DNA of 64,000 nt, taken from Mayamaea pseudoterrestris (lineage: Eukaryota). The position numbers and the translations under genes were made by a program. Below are positions 22,340-34,028 of this stretch, in pieces (the first letter of the stretch is position 1; each line of letters opens with the position of its first letter). The stretch covers positions 868,001-932,000 of the forward strand of contig BROI01000009.1 in NCBI GenBank assembly GCA_027923505.1, written 5' to 3'. The notes below the pieces were generated by a model that saw only the letters and a list, made by a program, of their open reading frames with translations, was not told where the DNA came from and did not search any database.

Positions 22340-24500
22340 GGAAGTAAGTTACCCAAGTGCGTGGGAATCGTTCCGGGAATAAAGGCAATGGTAACAGACT
22401 CAACGGACCGAGTCGTGCGCCGAGTGGAAATTTCCAAGGAAGCGAGCCGACGCTCGCTGGATTCATCTACGACTATAACGGTTCGCGCGATCCCGATGGA
22501 TTCATCCGTACGACGAACGAGATCATCACTTTCGTCGGGCGCTCCTACAAGAAATATACCAAGGAGCTGCTCAAGGGCATGCGCAACGTGGAACTGGAGA
22601 TTCCTGACGAGCCTGCACGTCCAACGAAGGATGCCGACACGAGATGACGACGCTTCTCGCGGTGACGACGACTCTGGCGGAACGAAGAGTGAATACGACC
22701 GATGACGACGACGACGACGACGATGGTGCTGACGGCGCAATCGAAGGAGTGCCGAACGACGAGGATGGTGAAGAGGCCATGACGGCGAACTTTGACGACG
22801 CGCGCCAGCCGTGGATGATGGCGAAATTGAAGGAGTGCCCGATGAAGGCGAAATTGAAGGAGTGCCAGCTGCTGCAGACGAAGAGGATTTCGATGCGCGC
22901 TGTGGCCCACGCACTGGTCCGGTATGGCCTGCGTGCGCGCAAACCTCGCTTCGTTCGCTCATTTGTTCACGCTCGACGCTGCAGAGGAAGTGTCGGAGCC
23001 ACTCGTCACGGCACAGATGAATATGCGACAAGGTTTAAAGGCTTTTGGCGATGCTGGAGTGGAGGCAGTGCGCAAGGAAATGCAGCAGCTACACGACAGG
23101 CACGTCATGAAGGCAGTCCCCAACTGCACTCTGACTCCGCAGCAGCGCAAGGACGCTCTGGCGTATTTGATGTTTCTCAAGCGCAAGAGATGCGGGACTG
23201 TGAAGGGACGCGGATGCGCGGATGGACGCAAGCAACGAGCATACACTGCAAAGGAAGACGCAGCATCTCCAACGATAGCGACAGAGGCCATCTTTCTGAC
23301 AGCTATCATTGACGCTATGGAAGGGCGCGAGGTTGCTGTGGTTGATGTACCGGGTGCTTTCATGCAAGCGGAAATGGATGAGTTGGTGCACGTTCGTTTC
23401 ACTGGGAAGATGGTGGAGCTACTGTTGGAAATTGATCGCGAGATGTACGAGCCTTGCGTCACAATGGAGAATGGCGAGAAAGTCATGTATGTTGAATTAC
23501 TCATGGCGCTTTATGGTACGCTTCGAGCAGCGCGACTATTCTGGGAGAAGTTGTCCGCAAAATTGCTTGAGTGGGGCTTCGAGAAGAACCCGTACGATCC
23601 GTGTGTGTGCAACAAGATTGTCAATGGGAAGCAAATCACCGTGGGATGGCACGTGGACGATTTGAAGATTTCGCACGTCGACGTGAGCGTAGTGGATGAG
23701 TTCATCGCGCAGATGGATGAGGAGTTTGGCAAGGAGACTCCAATGAATAAGTCACGCGGAAAAGTGCACGACTACCTCGGCATGGTATTGGACTATACTA
23801 AGCCTGGAGAAGTAGCAATCAACATGGTTGACTATGTGAAGAACATCCTGCATCATGCGCCAGACGACATGGATGGAACGGCAGCTACTCCGGCAGCCAG
23901 TCACTTGTTTCAGATATCGGAAAATCCTGTCATGTTGAGCGAAGCGAAGAAGCAGATTTTTGTGACGATTGTGATGCAGTGTCTGTATCTGAGTCAGCGA
24001 GCGCGACCGGATATTCGCACAGCGATTTCTTTCTTGAGCACGAGGCTGCAGCAGCCTGACGAAGACGACTATAAGAAGGCTGCAAGAGTGATTAAATATT
24101 TACGCGGAAGCGTGGACATGGTGTTGACGCTGAAGGCGGACCAGTCCGGGATAGTCCAGTGGTGGGTGGATGCGTCGTACGCGGTGCACCCAGACATGAA
24201 GGGTCACACTGGTGGAACAATGACACTTGGCCAAGGATCAGTGTACAGTACGTCGGCTAAACAGAAGTTGGTAACAAGAAGCTCGACGGAGAGCGAAGTT
24301 GTGGGAGTTCATGATGTGCTACCGCAGTTGCTGTGGACAGGATATTTTCTGAAGGCGCAAGGTTTCGGGGTCAAAGACACGAAATTGTATCAAGACAATA
24401 TGAGTTCAATGCTGTTGGAAAAGAATGGCAGAAGCTCAAGTACAAAGCGCACGCGACACATGAATGTTCGGTACTTCTTTGTGAAAGATCGCGTGATGAA
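22340..24500 (+). mobile_element. Degenerate Ty1/copia (CoDi-like) LTR retrotransposon relic: gag fragment, frameshifted linker, RT-RNase H, 3' truncated
   Basis: Gag-like piece at 22357-22647 (FQGSEPTLAGFIYDY), acidic EIEGVP repeats and YGLRARKP, then RT and RNase H motifs. No protease or integrase is visible and no LTR pair was found. Boundaries are approximate. Confidence 0.9.
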
Positions 24501-24609
24501 GCGACGGAAGGCAATTGACTCACCCTGCAAACGCCTTACATCTCTACCATTTCACTTGTACACATCGTTGATTAAGCGCATAGTCTTGTTGCTCGTCAAT
24601 CATGACTAA
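22924..24609 (+). pseudogene. Copia reverse transcriptase-RNase H reading frame, C-terminally truncated and running into host sequence
   Basis: VKGRGCADG, VVDVPGAFMQA, ALYGTLRAARLFW, WHVDD, WWVDASYA, RSSTESE, YQDNMS and KRTRHMNVRYFFVKDRV. Similarity to copia Pol stops near 24500. Confidence 0.88.
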
Positions 24610-26032
24610 AATCTATAGCAAACAACGACAAAGGAAGTCGCTTCTCGCGCTAACCTTGCTTCTATCAAGCGCCAAGAGTCTCAGCACTCGCGCCGTCGCG
24701 TCAACGCGAATAGCTCCATCGTTAAGATTATCGCTCGATGCACAGCTACTTACACAAAAACTGCAACTAAAACAACCGCCATCGACATCTCTTGATGCTT
24801 GGCTAGACGCAGATGATGATGATGATGATGAAGAGGAGGATTTTGGGGCTTCCGTGTCGGGGTACTTTCGTTTGCTTAAATCGACTGGAACAGAAATTCT
24901 AGAAGAAGATCTGCAAGCGCAAATTGATCTTGCTGGTGACCAACCCAATCTTTTTTTGGAAAGAAAGGATGCCAGTGAGCTTGAAAAGCTTGCCATGTCA
25001 TCAGTCATTGAGCAACTTCCAAAGCGGGCTGTTGAGGCGCTTTCCAAGAAACGCACCTACAAGGACAATTTGAACTTTAGCAAGACTCGCGTTACTGCCG
25101 ATCAAGAGATTGAACTTGCACGCACTATACAGCAAGGTGCGGCCTTGCAGGGCCTGCGCCAGAAGCTGTATGAGAAGCTTGGACGCGATCCTACAAAGCA
25201 GGAATGGGCCAGCATTGCCAAGCTTTCGTCCAAGGACATCCGTCGGAGGATCAGTGACTATCGTAAGGCGAAGCATGACTTGGTGACTGCAAACATTGGT
25301 TTGGTACATACGATAGTCAATCAGCAATACCGACAGTTTTACAGAGACAGTGGCTTGTCTCGAGACGACCTTGTGCAAGAAGGAAGTCTGGGATTGTTGC
25401 GGGCGGCCGAGCTGTTTGATCCATCGCGAGGCGTCCGATTTAGTGCCTATGCGGTTGTATGGATTAAGGGAACGCTACAAAACACGCACATTCCCGAACT
25501 AGTCAAGCTACCACAGCGCGAAAAAACGCTCCGTAACAAGATTGCTCAGGCGGAGCGCAACTTTGAACTCAAACACGGGCGATGCGCTACAATGGAGCAG
25601 CTTGCAGAAGCGACGGGTCTATCACCCGAACAAATCATGGTAGTCCAGCGCAAAATGGCGCAGGCGCAGCGAATGCTGAGTTTAGACTATCAACACTCGA
25701 TCCACTCGCGAGGGGGTGGCGAGTCATCCAACGTGGAATCAAACATGGAGTCGGACCGAAATATGCAATCAGATGCGGATCTCCTTGAGCGCACGCATTT
25801 GCAGTCAGACCTCCTTGCGACCATGGCGCGAGCGCTCGATGACCGGGAAGCTCGCCTTGTTCGACTGCGTTACGGACTGAGCGATGGTAGACCACGAACA
25901 TTGCCCGAGTGCGCTGAAGCCATGGGGCTCTCTTATTCGCGCGTACAGCAGCTGGCCGAACGGTGCCTCAAAAAGCTCCGGACCGCTGCCGAAGCTGGTG
26001 CTTTGGAAGAATATCTACTGACGATAGCATAA
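24602..26032 (+). CDS. Nucleus-encoded, plastid-targeted RNA polymerase sigma-70 factor
   Basis: Signal peptide, region 2 (LVTANIGLV, DLVQEGSLGLLRAAELFDPSRGVRFSAYAVVWIK) and region 4 HTH (LRYGL..GRPRTL.E.AEAMGLSYSRVQQL). Confidence 0.92.
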   Translation: MTKIYSKQRQRKSLLALTLLLSSAKSLSTRAVASTRIAPSLRLSLDAQLLTQKLQLKQPPSTSLDAWLDADDDDDDEEEDFGASVSGYFRLLKSTGTEILEEDLQAQIDLAGDQPNLFLERKDASELEKLAMSSVIEQLPKRAVEALSKKRTYKDNLNFSKTRVTADQEIELARTIQQGAALQGLRQKLYEKLGRDPTKQEWASIAKLSSKDIRRRISDYRKAKHDLVTANIGLVHTIVNQQYRQFYRDSGLSRDDLVQEGSLGLLRAAELFDPSRGVRFSAYAVVWIKGTLQNTHIPELVKLPQREKTLRNKIAQAERNFELKHGRCATMEQLAEATGLSPEQIMVVQRKMAQAQRMLSLDYQHSIHSRGGGESSNVESNMESDRNMQSDADLLERTHLQSDLLATMARALDDREARLVRLRYGLSDGRPRTLPECAEAMGLSYSRVQQLAERCLKKLRTAAEAGALEEYLLTIA

Positions 26033-26359
26033 ACGGAAGGTGTTTTCCAAACTAGCCGTAATCACAATGATGCAATTGGAACTGATGGCATATGCACGCA
26101 CACAAGTTGTCTCAAATAGTAACAATTTTTTTATATCCAGTTATCATAGTAAAAGAATATTTCGCATTATGTAATGGGAAGCATGCGTTATGAGATTAAT
26201 CTAGCCTCGCGTACTAGCGTGTTACATGCGCTACGAGCAGACGGTGCTACAAGAAAAAACAAGCGCTATGTCATAGCTTAAAACTTCTGTTATAGCGCCG
26301 ACTGGAAATGTATGGGACTGACCCGAAGACCACACAAAACATCTCTCATCACCTTCCCA

Positions 26360-27892
26360 TCAGCCTGTCGGCAAGCTGATAGCCCAGCACAAGAGAATTA
26401 GCGCGAACATAGTAAGTGGCGATCCATACGAAATTGTTTGTTGAGAATTTGCGCCAACAATCTTGGAGTCTCTCATCAGCAGCACTTGCCCAAGAACGAG
26501 AAGAATGCCTCCAAAATTGGCTAGGACAATGCATGATGCTCTTGTGCTGTAGGTGGCCGATGCGGACATGAAAACTACAATCAACAGCAACGTAAACACT
26601 GCGACCTTGGACCATTTTTGCGCCCGCTCATTCATTTGTTCAACCACGGACGATTGCGCTAGTTTCGTGCAAATGAGAAATTCGTACCACATGCCCATAC
26701 TGTAGCCCAGGACCACGTACAAGAGAAACAGGATAGTGCTCCAAAATGCGCTAAAGACATAGGGAAGGAACACGGCCGCTCCGAACATGATCCAAGCTAA
26801 AACCATGACAATTCGAATCTCCCAAATCGATCCAAAGTAAAGCTTGTGAATGCCGAACGCTCGTTGGCGCGTGGGGTCCGTTTCCTGGGCATAACCTACC
26901 GTCCACATGACGAGCATCAAGAATATGGTCCCAAATATTGCGAGGGTTGTTCGACTTCCAAAGAACACTGGCAGATAGTAGCCATTTGGTTCGGCGGCAA
27001 TTGCATTCATCCCCATCCACACCATCCAGGCGCCAAAGACGAGGAACGGCCCCTGCAAGTGAAAAACGGTTCGCTGACTAGTAAGATAGGGCGCAATACC
27101 CATGCTCAAACCTCCCATGGCCGCCACGGTTCCTGTCAAGCTAACATTCATGCTTCCCAATAATGACGCGAGTATGAGTAGTAGCAGCATATGAGCAATA
27201 TTGTGCAACGATGCGAGTGTAATGGTGTGAGCGCTGGTTGTCACTTCGCTGGCGGAGGTCGCAGTAGTCGTTGCATTGCCTTTCTCCTGATTTTCGCCGT
27301 CGCCAAAGACACCATCTTGCAGTATAATAATTTCCAAGTCGTCATACTTTTTAAAAATGAGCTTGAATATCAAGTGGCAAGCCAAGAGGAGACAAAGAAC
27401 AAAGCAAACAATGGGTGTGCCGCCGTCAATGGACCACCAGTCGTAATGTTTCGGTGACGTGAGGCATGACAAGCCAAAGAGGAACCATCCCAACAGACAC
27501 ACCAGTAAGCTGCGGAAAGGCACCTCAAGTGTCGAATGGCATATAATGCTGTTTCGTGGGGCTGCCAGCGGCTCGTCGTCGTTGACACTACCAGTATGGG
27601 ACGAGTAATTCTTTGCCGACGCCTCGTCCATTGAGTGACTCTTCATATCGTCGGACATGGCGGCATAAGCTTGTTCAATGGCATCCGATGCTTCCGTCCG
27701 ACGAGCCGAGTACAGAGTTGTTGTTGCTGTCGGTGTCGCCGTTGTCGGCAGCTCCTGTTCTTTGAGAGTTGTCACCCGCTTACTGCGCTGCATTTGCCAT
27801 GTTCCGCCTACAATCAAACTCAAGCCGACGGCCGAAAGCATCGGGCGGACGCCAACGAGAATGACTAGATCGGGAGCCGTAGTGTAAGTCAT
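26360..27892 (-). CDS. Multi-pass membrane protein of unknown function
   Basis: 510-aa ORF with roughly a dozen hydrophobic segments. No family recognised. Confidence 0.7.
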   Translation of the reverse strand: MTYTTAPDLVILVGVRPMLSAVGLSLIVGGTWQMQRSKRVTTLKEQELPTTATPTATTTLYSARRTEASDAIEQAYAAMSDDMKSHSMDEASAKNYSSHTGSVNDDEPLAAPRNSIICHSTLEVPFRSLLVCLLGWFLFGLSCLTSPKHYDWWSIDGGTPIVCFVLCLLLACHLIFKLIFKKYDDLEIIILQDGVFGDGENQEKGNATTTATSASEVTTSAHTITLASLHNIAHMLLLLILASLLGSMNVSLTGTVAAMGGLSMGIAPYLTSQRTVFHLQGPFLVFGAWMVWMGMNAIAAEPNGYYLPVFFGSRTTLAIFGTIFLMLVMWTVGYAQETDPTRQRAFGIHKLYFGSIWEIRIVMVLAWIMFGAAVFLPYVFSAFWSTILFLLYVVLGYSMGMWYEFLICTKLAQSSVVEQMNERAQKWSKVAVFTLLLIVVFMSASATYSTRASCIVLANFGGILLVLGQVLLMRDSKIVGANSQQTISYGSPLTMFALILLCWAISLPTG

Positions 27893-28058
27893 CTTGGCTG
27901 ATAGAAGTGACTTTGATTACCCTATTGAGCCAAAATAGGTTCGTCAAATACCTTGACCAGAAGGCGTCAATGAACGAGACAAGGTCGGCAGTTGAAACGA
28001 CGGATGAAACGGATGGGTTATCGCTGATCGCCAACGAGAGTGATGTCGTGTGGCTTTC

Positions 28059-28406
28059 AAATTACGTCATAAGGCAATAGTGTGAAACGAGTGCCAGTGT
28101 CAATTTCGTCAAAAGGCAATAGTGCGAAACGAGTGCCAGTGTCAATTGCGTCATAAAGACTATAGTATGAAACGAGTGCCAGTGTCAATCACGTCACTAG
28201 GCAATAGTATGAAACGAGTGCCAGTGAAAACTGCGTCACAAGGCAATATAATAAAACAAGTGTCAGTGAAAACAACGTCACAAAGCAATAGTACGAAACA
28301 AGTGCCAGTGAAAACTGCTCTTTTAGGTTATAGTACGAAACAAGTGCCAGTGAAAACTGCGTCATAAGGCAATAGTATGAAACGATGCCAGTGTCAATTA
28401 CGTCAC
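28059..28406 (+). repeat. 42-bp minisatellite, ~8 copies
   Basis: Unit AAGGCAATAGTRYGAAACRAGTGCCAGTG(TCAAT/AAAAC)TRCGTCA repeats from 28071 with a period of about 42 bp. Confidence 0.95.
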
Positions 28407-28545
28407 CTTAGCGTCTTGCGGGTTCTCTGCCCGGCGCGGCGAATCGATCCTCGCGGCTGTCACCATGACAGCCACGAGTGAGGAGCCGCAGCGGTCTTCT
28501 TGCAATATTTGCTCTTGGTGATAAACTAATAAAAAGCAGAGCACC

Positions 28546-31086
28546 ATGGCATCGGAAGCTAATCGACGCCGCTACAATATAAAGGTAAGTTCAGGTGGCA
28601 AAAGGATAAGATAGACATGATTTGACGATGCAGTGCTACCAACGACAAGGCTTTTGAGAAAGCAAGATGAAGCGTGCAATTAACGCATGCAAGAATAGGT
28701 TGCGTTGCATTGCGCGTACATACCTTTATTCATCTTTCATCTCACGCTTTGAGCCGCTTCCTTTTGTACGCAGCCATTTCGCAACCATTTGCCAATGGAT
28801 AAAAAGGATGCGGAGGAAACCTGGAATGTTTTGGGCAGTGCCATGGATGAAATTTACAATCGCAACGCCTCCGTCTTGTCTTTTGAAGAGTTGTATCGAA
28901 ACGCGTACAATTTAGTCTTGCATAAGTACGGAGCTTTCTTGTACGACAAGGTTTCGGAAAATATGACTTTGCATTTGACAGCTACGGTGAATCAATTGCA
29001 AAATTCACGCGGATGCATGCTGCAAGCCATGGCGGACGCCTGGAAGGATCATCAAATGACGGCAAGCATGATCCGAGACATTTTGATGTATTTGGATCGG
29101 ACCTATGTCGTGCAGCAGCGTCGTCGGCCAGTTTACGAGCTTGGCTTGCACTTGTTTCGTGTCACCGTTTGGGATCATCCAGCGATATGCAAGGAAGTTA
29201 CCGACCTAATCCTGACTTCGGTTCAGCAGGAGCGCAATCAAGCGGCTATGGATGACGGCCCAAGCAGCGGCAATGTTGCGGCGAATGCTAACACGAATAT
29301 GATGAATGACGCTCGCGACAAGGTCAAGTCAATTCTGCGCATGCTTTTGGAGCTTCAGCAGACGGACTCGTCCAGCAATGCATACTGCGATCTTGAACAG
29401 ATTTTGTTGGGAACGACAATGGAGTTTTACCATAAAGAGTCGCTACAGTACTTGTCGGAGCACACGGCCATGGATTACGTTAGAAAAGCTGTCAAACGCA
29501 TTCAAGAGGAAAAGGAACGATGCGCGGCCTTGCAGCTTCCCAGTCGCACCGAGGTACCATTCATGGGAATGGTGCAGACGGAATTGATTGAGCGACACGC
29601 CAAAGCGTTGGTCGACATGGACAAAAGCGGATTTCGCGAGTTGCTGGTGACGACGGACAAGCTTGAAGATATGGGCGCCATGTACGACTTGTTTGCGCGT
29701 GTTCCAAGTTCAATTGACTTTTTGCGAGAGGCCTTGTCGGATCGCATCAAGAAGGATGGCCGTGCTTTGATTGCCGATCAGGAAAAGGGAGAAGCGGCGC
29801 CAGCTGCCTTTGTTCGCGGTGTCTTGGAGATGCGGGAAAAGTACGATCAAGTGGTCCAAGTATCATTTCGAAATGAAAAGAAGGCGCAAAAGCGCATGGC
29901 TGAGGCGTTTGAAGATTTTCTGAATGCAGATGCGCGAGCTGCTTCTTGCCTGGCTGTCTATGTTGATGAGCTTCTGCGCAGTGGACTGCGAGGATCGTCT
30001 GAGGAGCAGGTGCAGCAGGAGCTTGAAAAGGCAATTGTTGTGTTTCGCTATGTGCAAGATAAAGACGTTTTTGAGAGCTTTTATAAGCAGCATCTTGCCA
30101 AGCGACTTTTGTTCAGCCGGTCTGTAAGTGACGATGCTGAGCGAACGATGGTCTCTTTGCTTAAGGCCGAATGCGGTTATCAATATACGTCCAAGCTCGA
30201 GGGCATGTTCAACGACATTCGCATTAGTCGCGAGACTCGGGACAAGTACAAAAACTACCAGCGCCAACAAGGTGATAATCGAAGTGCTGTTGATATCGAA
30301 GTTGATGTTTTGACAACTGGCTACTGGCCGTCGCAGCAAGTACCGCCGTGCACTTTGCCGGCTCCTGCGCAAGATGCGATCGAACGGTTTGAAAAGTTTT
30401 ATCTTGAAAAGCATACGGGGCGCAAACTTTCCTGGCAGACATCGGCTGGGTCAGCCGAGGTTCGAGCTGTCTTTGGAGCTCCGCCGAACGTCCGCCGACA
30501 CGAGTTGTGCGTCTCGACGTATCAAATGGTAATCTTGATGTTGTACAACGACAGCGACGAACTCACCCTGGGGCAGATACGCACAATGACGCACATTCCT
30601 GATTCGGAACTCAGGCGTCAGTTGATATCGCTTTGCACACCGCGCAACAAGATTCTGATCAAGGGTAGCAAAGGTAAAGGAATCACGTCGGATGATGATA
30701 CGTTTACATTTAACCGGGAGTACACTAGCAAATTGAAGCGCGTTCGCATTCCGCTGGTGAAAGAAGCATCCATCAGCCCACGCGAAGGAGCTGCCGGTGC
30801 TGATGCCGGCGGTGGTTTTGCCTCGGGAGACGTTGTCATTGATGGGACAGTTCCTGTGCCCGTCGAGGAAGATCGTCGCCATTCAGTGGAAGCTGCAATT
30901 GTTCGCATTATGAAAGCGCGCAAGACGCTCAGTCACAACGATCTGGTTGCTGAGGTGACGAAGCAGTTGAGCATTCGGTTTAATCCGTCGCCTGTCTTTA
31001 TTAAGAAGCGCGTCGAAAGCTTGATTGAAAGAGAATATCTGGAGCGGTCGCAAGTTGAACACCGTCTATACACGTATGTTGCGTAA
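28546..31086 (+). CDS. CUL3: Cullin-3; exons 28546-28584 and 28774-31086
   Basis: LSFEELYRNAYNLVLHKYG, IRDILMYLDR, DKDVFESFYKQHLAKRLL, LKAECGYQYTSKLEGMF and neddylation motif AAIVRIMKARK. Confidence 0.95.
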
Positions 31087-31208
31087 ACAAAATAAGATAG
31101 CTAACGACTCTAGTGAAAGGTCGGACGTATCAACTTTAAATCTGTAGCTTTTAACGATGTGCTGCAACTCTAAATGTTTGGGAAATAAACTCAGCTTGGC
31201 AATCACCT

Positions 31209-32805
31209 TTACATGGTCGGGCCGTCTCTGACAAAGTCAATGACGAATTGATCCGCGACCGTCGACAAGTGCCGCAAAACCTCGACTGTTCCAACGACCA
31301 AATCAGCCTCATGATACTTGACGCCCCACTCCTTGCAAAAAGATTCGACCAACGTGTGAGCCCTCTTGAGGTTGTGGCGTGGGATGCCAGGAAAAAGGTG
31401 ATGGTCGACCTGATACTGCAGTCCACCGCAGAACCAATCGACGAAGGCCTGAGGGAAGCCATGTCCGCCCGTAATGTTACGAGTCGTCGTGACTTGAAGC
31501 TTCCAAAAGTCGGGGCGAGCATCGGCATCGTAAGTGGCCATGCCATTGTGTCCAAGTCCAAAGACGAGCGCCAAGAGGACACCGCACGAACAAGTCATGG
31601 TCAGGAATAGTCCGAGACCCTTGAGTACGGAGAAGCGACCAAAACCACTGCATACGGCGAAGCACCAGACGTAGTGCAGAAGAATGCCACCGCGTTCGAG
31701 CATTGGGTACTGAAGTCCTTTGCGCTTGAGTTCGAGCGCGGCATTCTCCGTTGATGCTCCAAGACCAAAGGCTGTCTTAAATGATTCATTCATCCAGGAC
31801 AAACGAGCGAGAAGGAGAATGGGAAAGTACAGCCAAGCCTGGTGCTTGATCATAAATTTGACAAAGCCCGAGTCGCTGCCATCAGAAGCAAGTTCACGGT
31901 ACGATTGCGCCTGCTTCAAGCTCCAAGCAAGCAGAGGCATTGTATCAATGTCTGGATCTCCATCCTGACTCACAGCCGAAGACGAGTGAAGATTGGGAAC
32001 GGCGCTGTGAATGATAGGATCAAAGACGGACATGAGCAAACGTTTCGCGACGTCGACCAGTGCATGCAAGCTCACGAACTACTTACTGATGCCCGTTGTG
32101 CTTGTTCTTCCACCATTGCGTAGAGTAACCCTGCATGAGGTTGCCCCAGTAGATGCCTCCGTAGTCACCAAATCGACGCTTTTTGAACACTTTGAAGGCG
32201 AAGGGAAATTTTTTGTGAGTTGAGCGCGTTCAACCATGAAATGGAACCAAACGACTATGAAGCTTACCCTGATGATGAAGGAAATCATGCGCCAGCCAAC
32301 CACATTGCTGAAAGAAGAGTCCTAGCATGACAGCAGCAGCAAAGTGAACCAGAGTTGACTCGCTCAAATACACCATGGCGACGGCTGCTACCCAGAGCGC
32401 CTGCGTTGAAATGCACTTGTACACGTAGAACCATCCAGAGCTCTTGAAGATGCCCATAACAACCAATTGGGAGCGCAAGTCGCGGTATCCCTTTTCAAAT
32501 GCAAGTTGTTTCTGATCCTTGGGCAAAGTCGCCATATCAAGGTCGCCGATGAAGAAGGACTTGATCATGTTTTGGCTACCAGCCGCATGGAAGGCTGCGA
32601 ATATATCGGTAATGTCATCGCCAGCATGAGTAAAGATGACGGCACCACCTGGATGCTCGTGCCAGTTGGAAACGTCGTACACCTTGTTGTTGTGGACGAC
32701 CCAAGCATCTTCTGGAGTTCGATGGCTCTGCACGTCGGACCACGAGACCTTGCGTGCGGCGGCTGTTGCAGCAACAGTTGCGGATTTATCACCGCCCTTG
32801 CCCAT
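31209..32805 (-). CDS. Front-end delta-6 fatty acid desaturase with a cytochrome b5 domain; exons 32805-32268, 32189-32087 and 32004-31209
   Basis: MGKGG start, HPGG, and His boxes HDFLHH, WWKNKHNGHH (split by intron 2) and QVDHHLFP. Both introns are GT-AG and in frame. Closely resembles the Phaeodactylum D6 desaturase as I recall it. Confidence 0.93.
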
Positions 32806-33152
32806 GTTGTTCAATTAGGATATCAAGGAAGAGAGGAATAGATATAATGATCGTGTTGCGCGTAGTGATGCTGTGGTCTGTCTGTATAGCCAACCTGCCG
32901 AGAAAGAGAGGACGTGGTCGAGGCGAAGGATGCGACGATGAACTTGTGCGCCCCGTCGCGTCATCACCCCCCATTCGGAGCACATACGCCTACGGTAGTA
33001 GTCAATTCCAGTCGTGCAAAGAACTATGACGTGGCAAACTGGCGTGTTGTTTGAGGTACCGATGCGACGTCATGGCGAAATGATCCATCCATTTGAATTT
33101 CGGTTCACTTCTTCATCAAGATTCACCGTCGCCTTGCACTTGGCAATCAATC

Positions 33153-34028
33153 ATGAACGTAGCAGAGATAACGTCCGCCCCTTCACCGTTCGGTCTTGGT
33201 AATATCCAAGTCTGCCGACGAGGATGCAAGGCGAACATTCTCTTGGTTGCCCTTTCGCGACATGCAACGCGCAACGCCTTCAACGACGACCTCTACAATG
33301 ATCTCATTAATGTGCTTCAACTTGCCGCATCCGATGATTCTCTATCAGCAATCGTCTTGACTGGCTCTGGAGAATATTTCAGCAGCGGTGCTGACTTGAA
33401 GAATGGCCAATTTGAGCCTCGTAGCAACGGCCGCAACACTCTCACTGAGGAGCCATCGGGTCGCTTCATGGCAGAGCTCTTGCGCTTTCCCAAGGTAATT
33501 GTGGCAGCCGTTCAAGGTCCTGCGGTCGGTATTGGCGTGACGCTATTGATGCACTGCGATTTGGTGTGGTGCTCTTCGAAAGCAACGTTTTGGGTTCCAT
33601 TCACACGGCTCGCGCTGGTGCCGGAGCTTTGTTCATCAGTGACCTTTATCGAGTCCATGGGCCTTTCCAAGGCAAACGAGCTGTTGCTACTTGGCAGGAA
33701 GATTGACGCGCAGACGGCTGTCAACTGGAATATTTGCTCTCGCATGATTGTCGATGATGACCAATCTGGTGATCCGTTTGCTCGCAGGAGTCTTGCGAAT
33801 ATGATGGCAGATGAGCTTGATAAGAAACTATTTTCACTTCCATTGGGAGACAAAACTAGCGAGTATTTTTGTGAGCTTATCAGAGGACAAAGAAGAAGAC
33901 GCATGGAACAAGTCTGTCGGCTTGAGTTGGAAAAGCTGGATGAGCGCTTCGATTCGGGCCAAGTCCAAGAAGCTGCTTCGCAACTCAAAATTGGATCGTC
34001 GCGTCGGACGCCTCGCAGCCGTCTTTGA
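33153..34028 (+). CDS. Peroxisomal crotonase-family enoyl-CoA delta isomerase (ECI2-like)
   Basis: FSSGADL, VQGPAVGIGVTLLMHCDLV, PFTRLALVPELCSS and a C-terminal SRL (PTS1). Confidence 0.88.
   Translation: MNVAEITSAPSPFGLGNIQVCRRGCKANILLVALSRHATRNAFNDDLYNDLINVLQLAASDDSLSAIVLTGSGEYFSSGADLKNGQFEPRSNGRNTLTEEPSGRFMAELLRFPKVIVAAVQGPAVGIGVTLLMHCDLVWCSSKATFWVPFTRLALVPELCSSVTFIESMGLSKANELLLLGRKIDAQTAVNWNICSRMIVDDDQSGDPFARRSLANMMADELDKKLFSLPLGDKTSEYFCELIRGQRRRRMEQVCRLELEKLDERFDSGQVQEAASQLKIGSSRRTPRSRL

Noticed and set aside
22087..22340. 5' LTR and primer-binding site of the copia element
   Set aside because: It starts with TGTTG, but there is no second copy, terminal CA boundary, tRNA-complementary site or target-site duplication that I can confirm.
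22099..23031. 310-aa antisense ORF over the retroelement, and other long antisense ORFs such as 50586-51479 and 8157-8870
   Set aside because: They are shadow frames of genuine coding sequence with low-complexity translations and no motifs.
22924..26032. RT plus sigma factor as a bacterial-style operon, retron or horizontally acquired system
   Set aside because: The RT is a Ty1/copia type with RNase H, and the sigma factor has a eukaryotic signal peptide typical of nucleus-encoded plastid sigma factors.
28059..28406. 42-bp repeat as a CRISPR array or coding repeat (81-aa ORF at 28122-28367)
   Set aside because: Whole units repeat with no spacers, and 1-bp indels break the frame.
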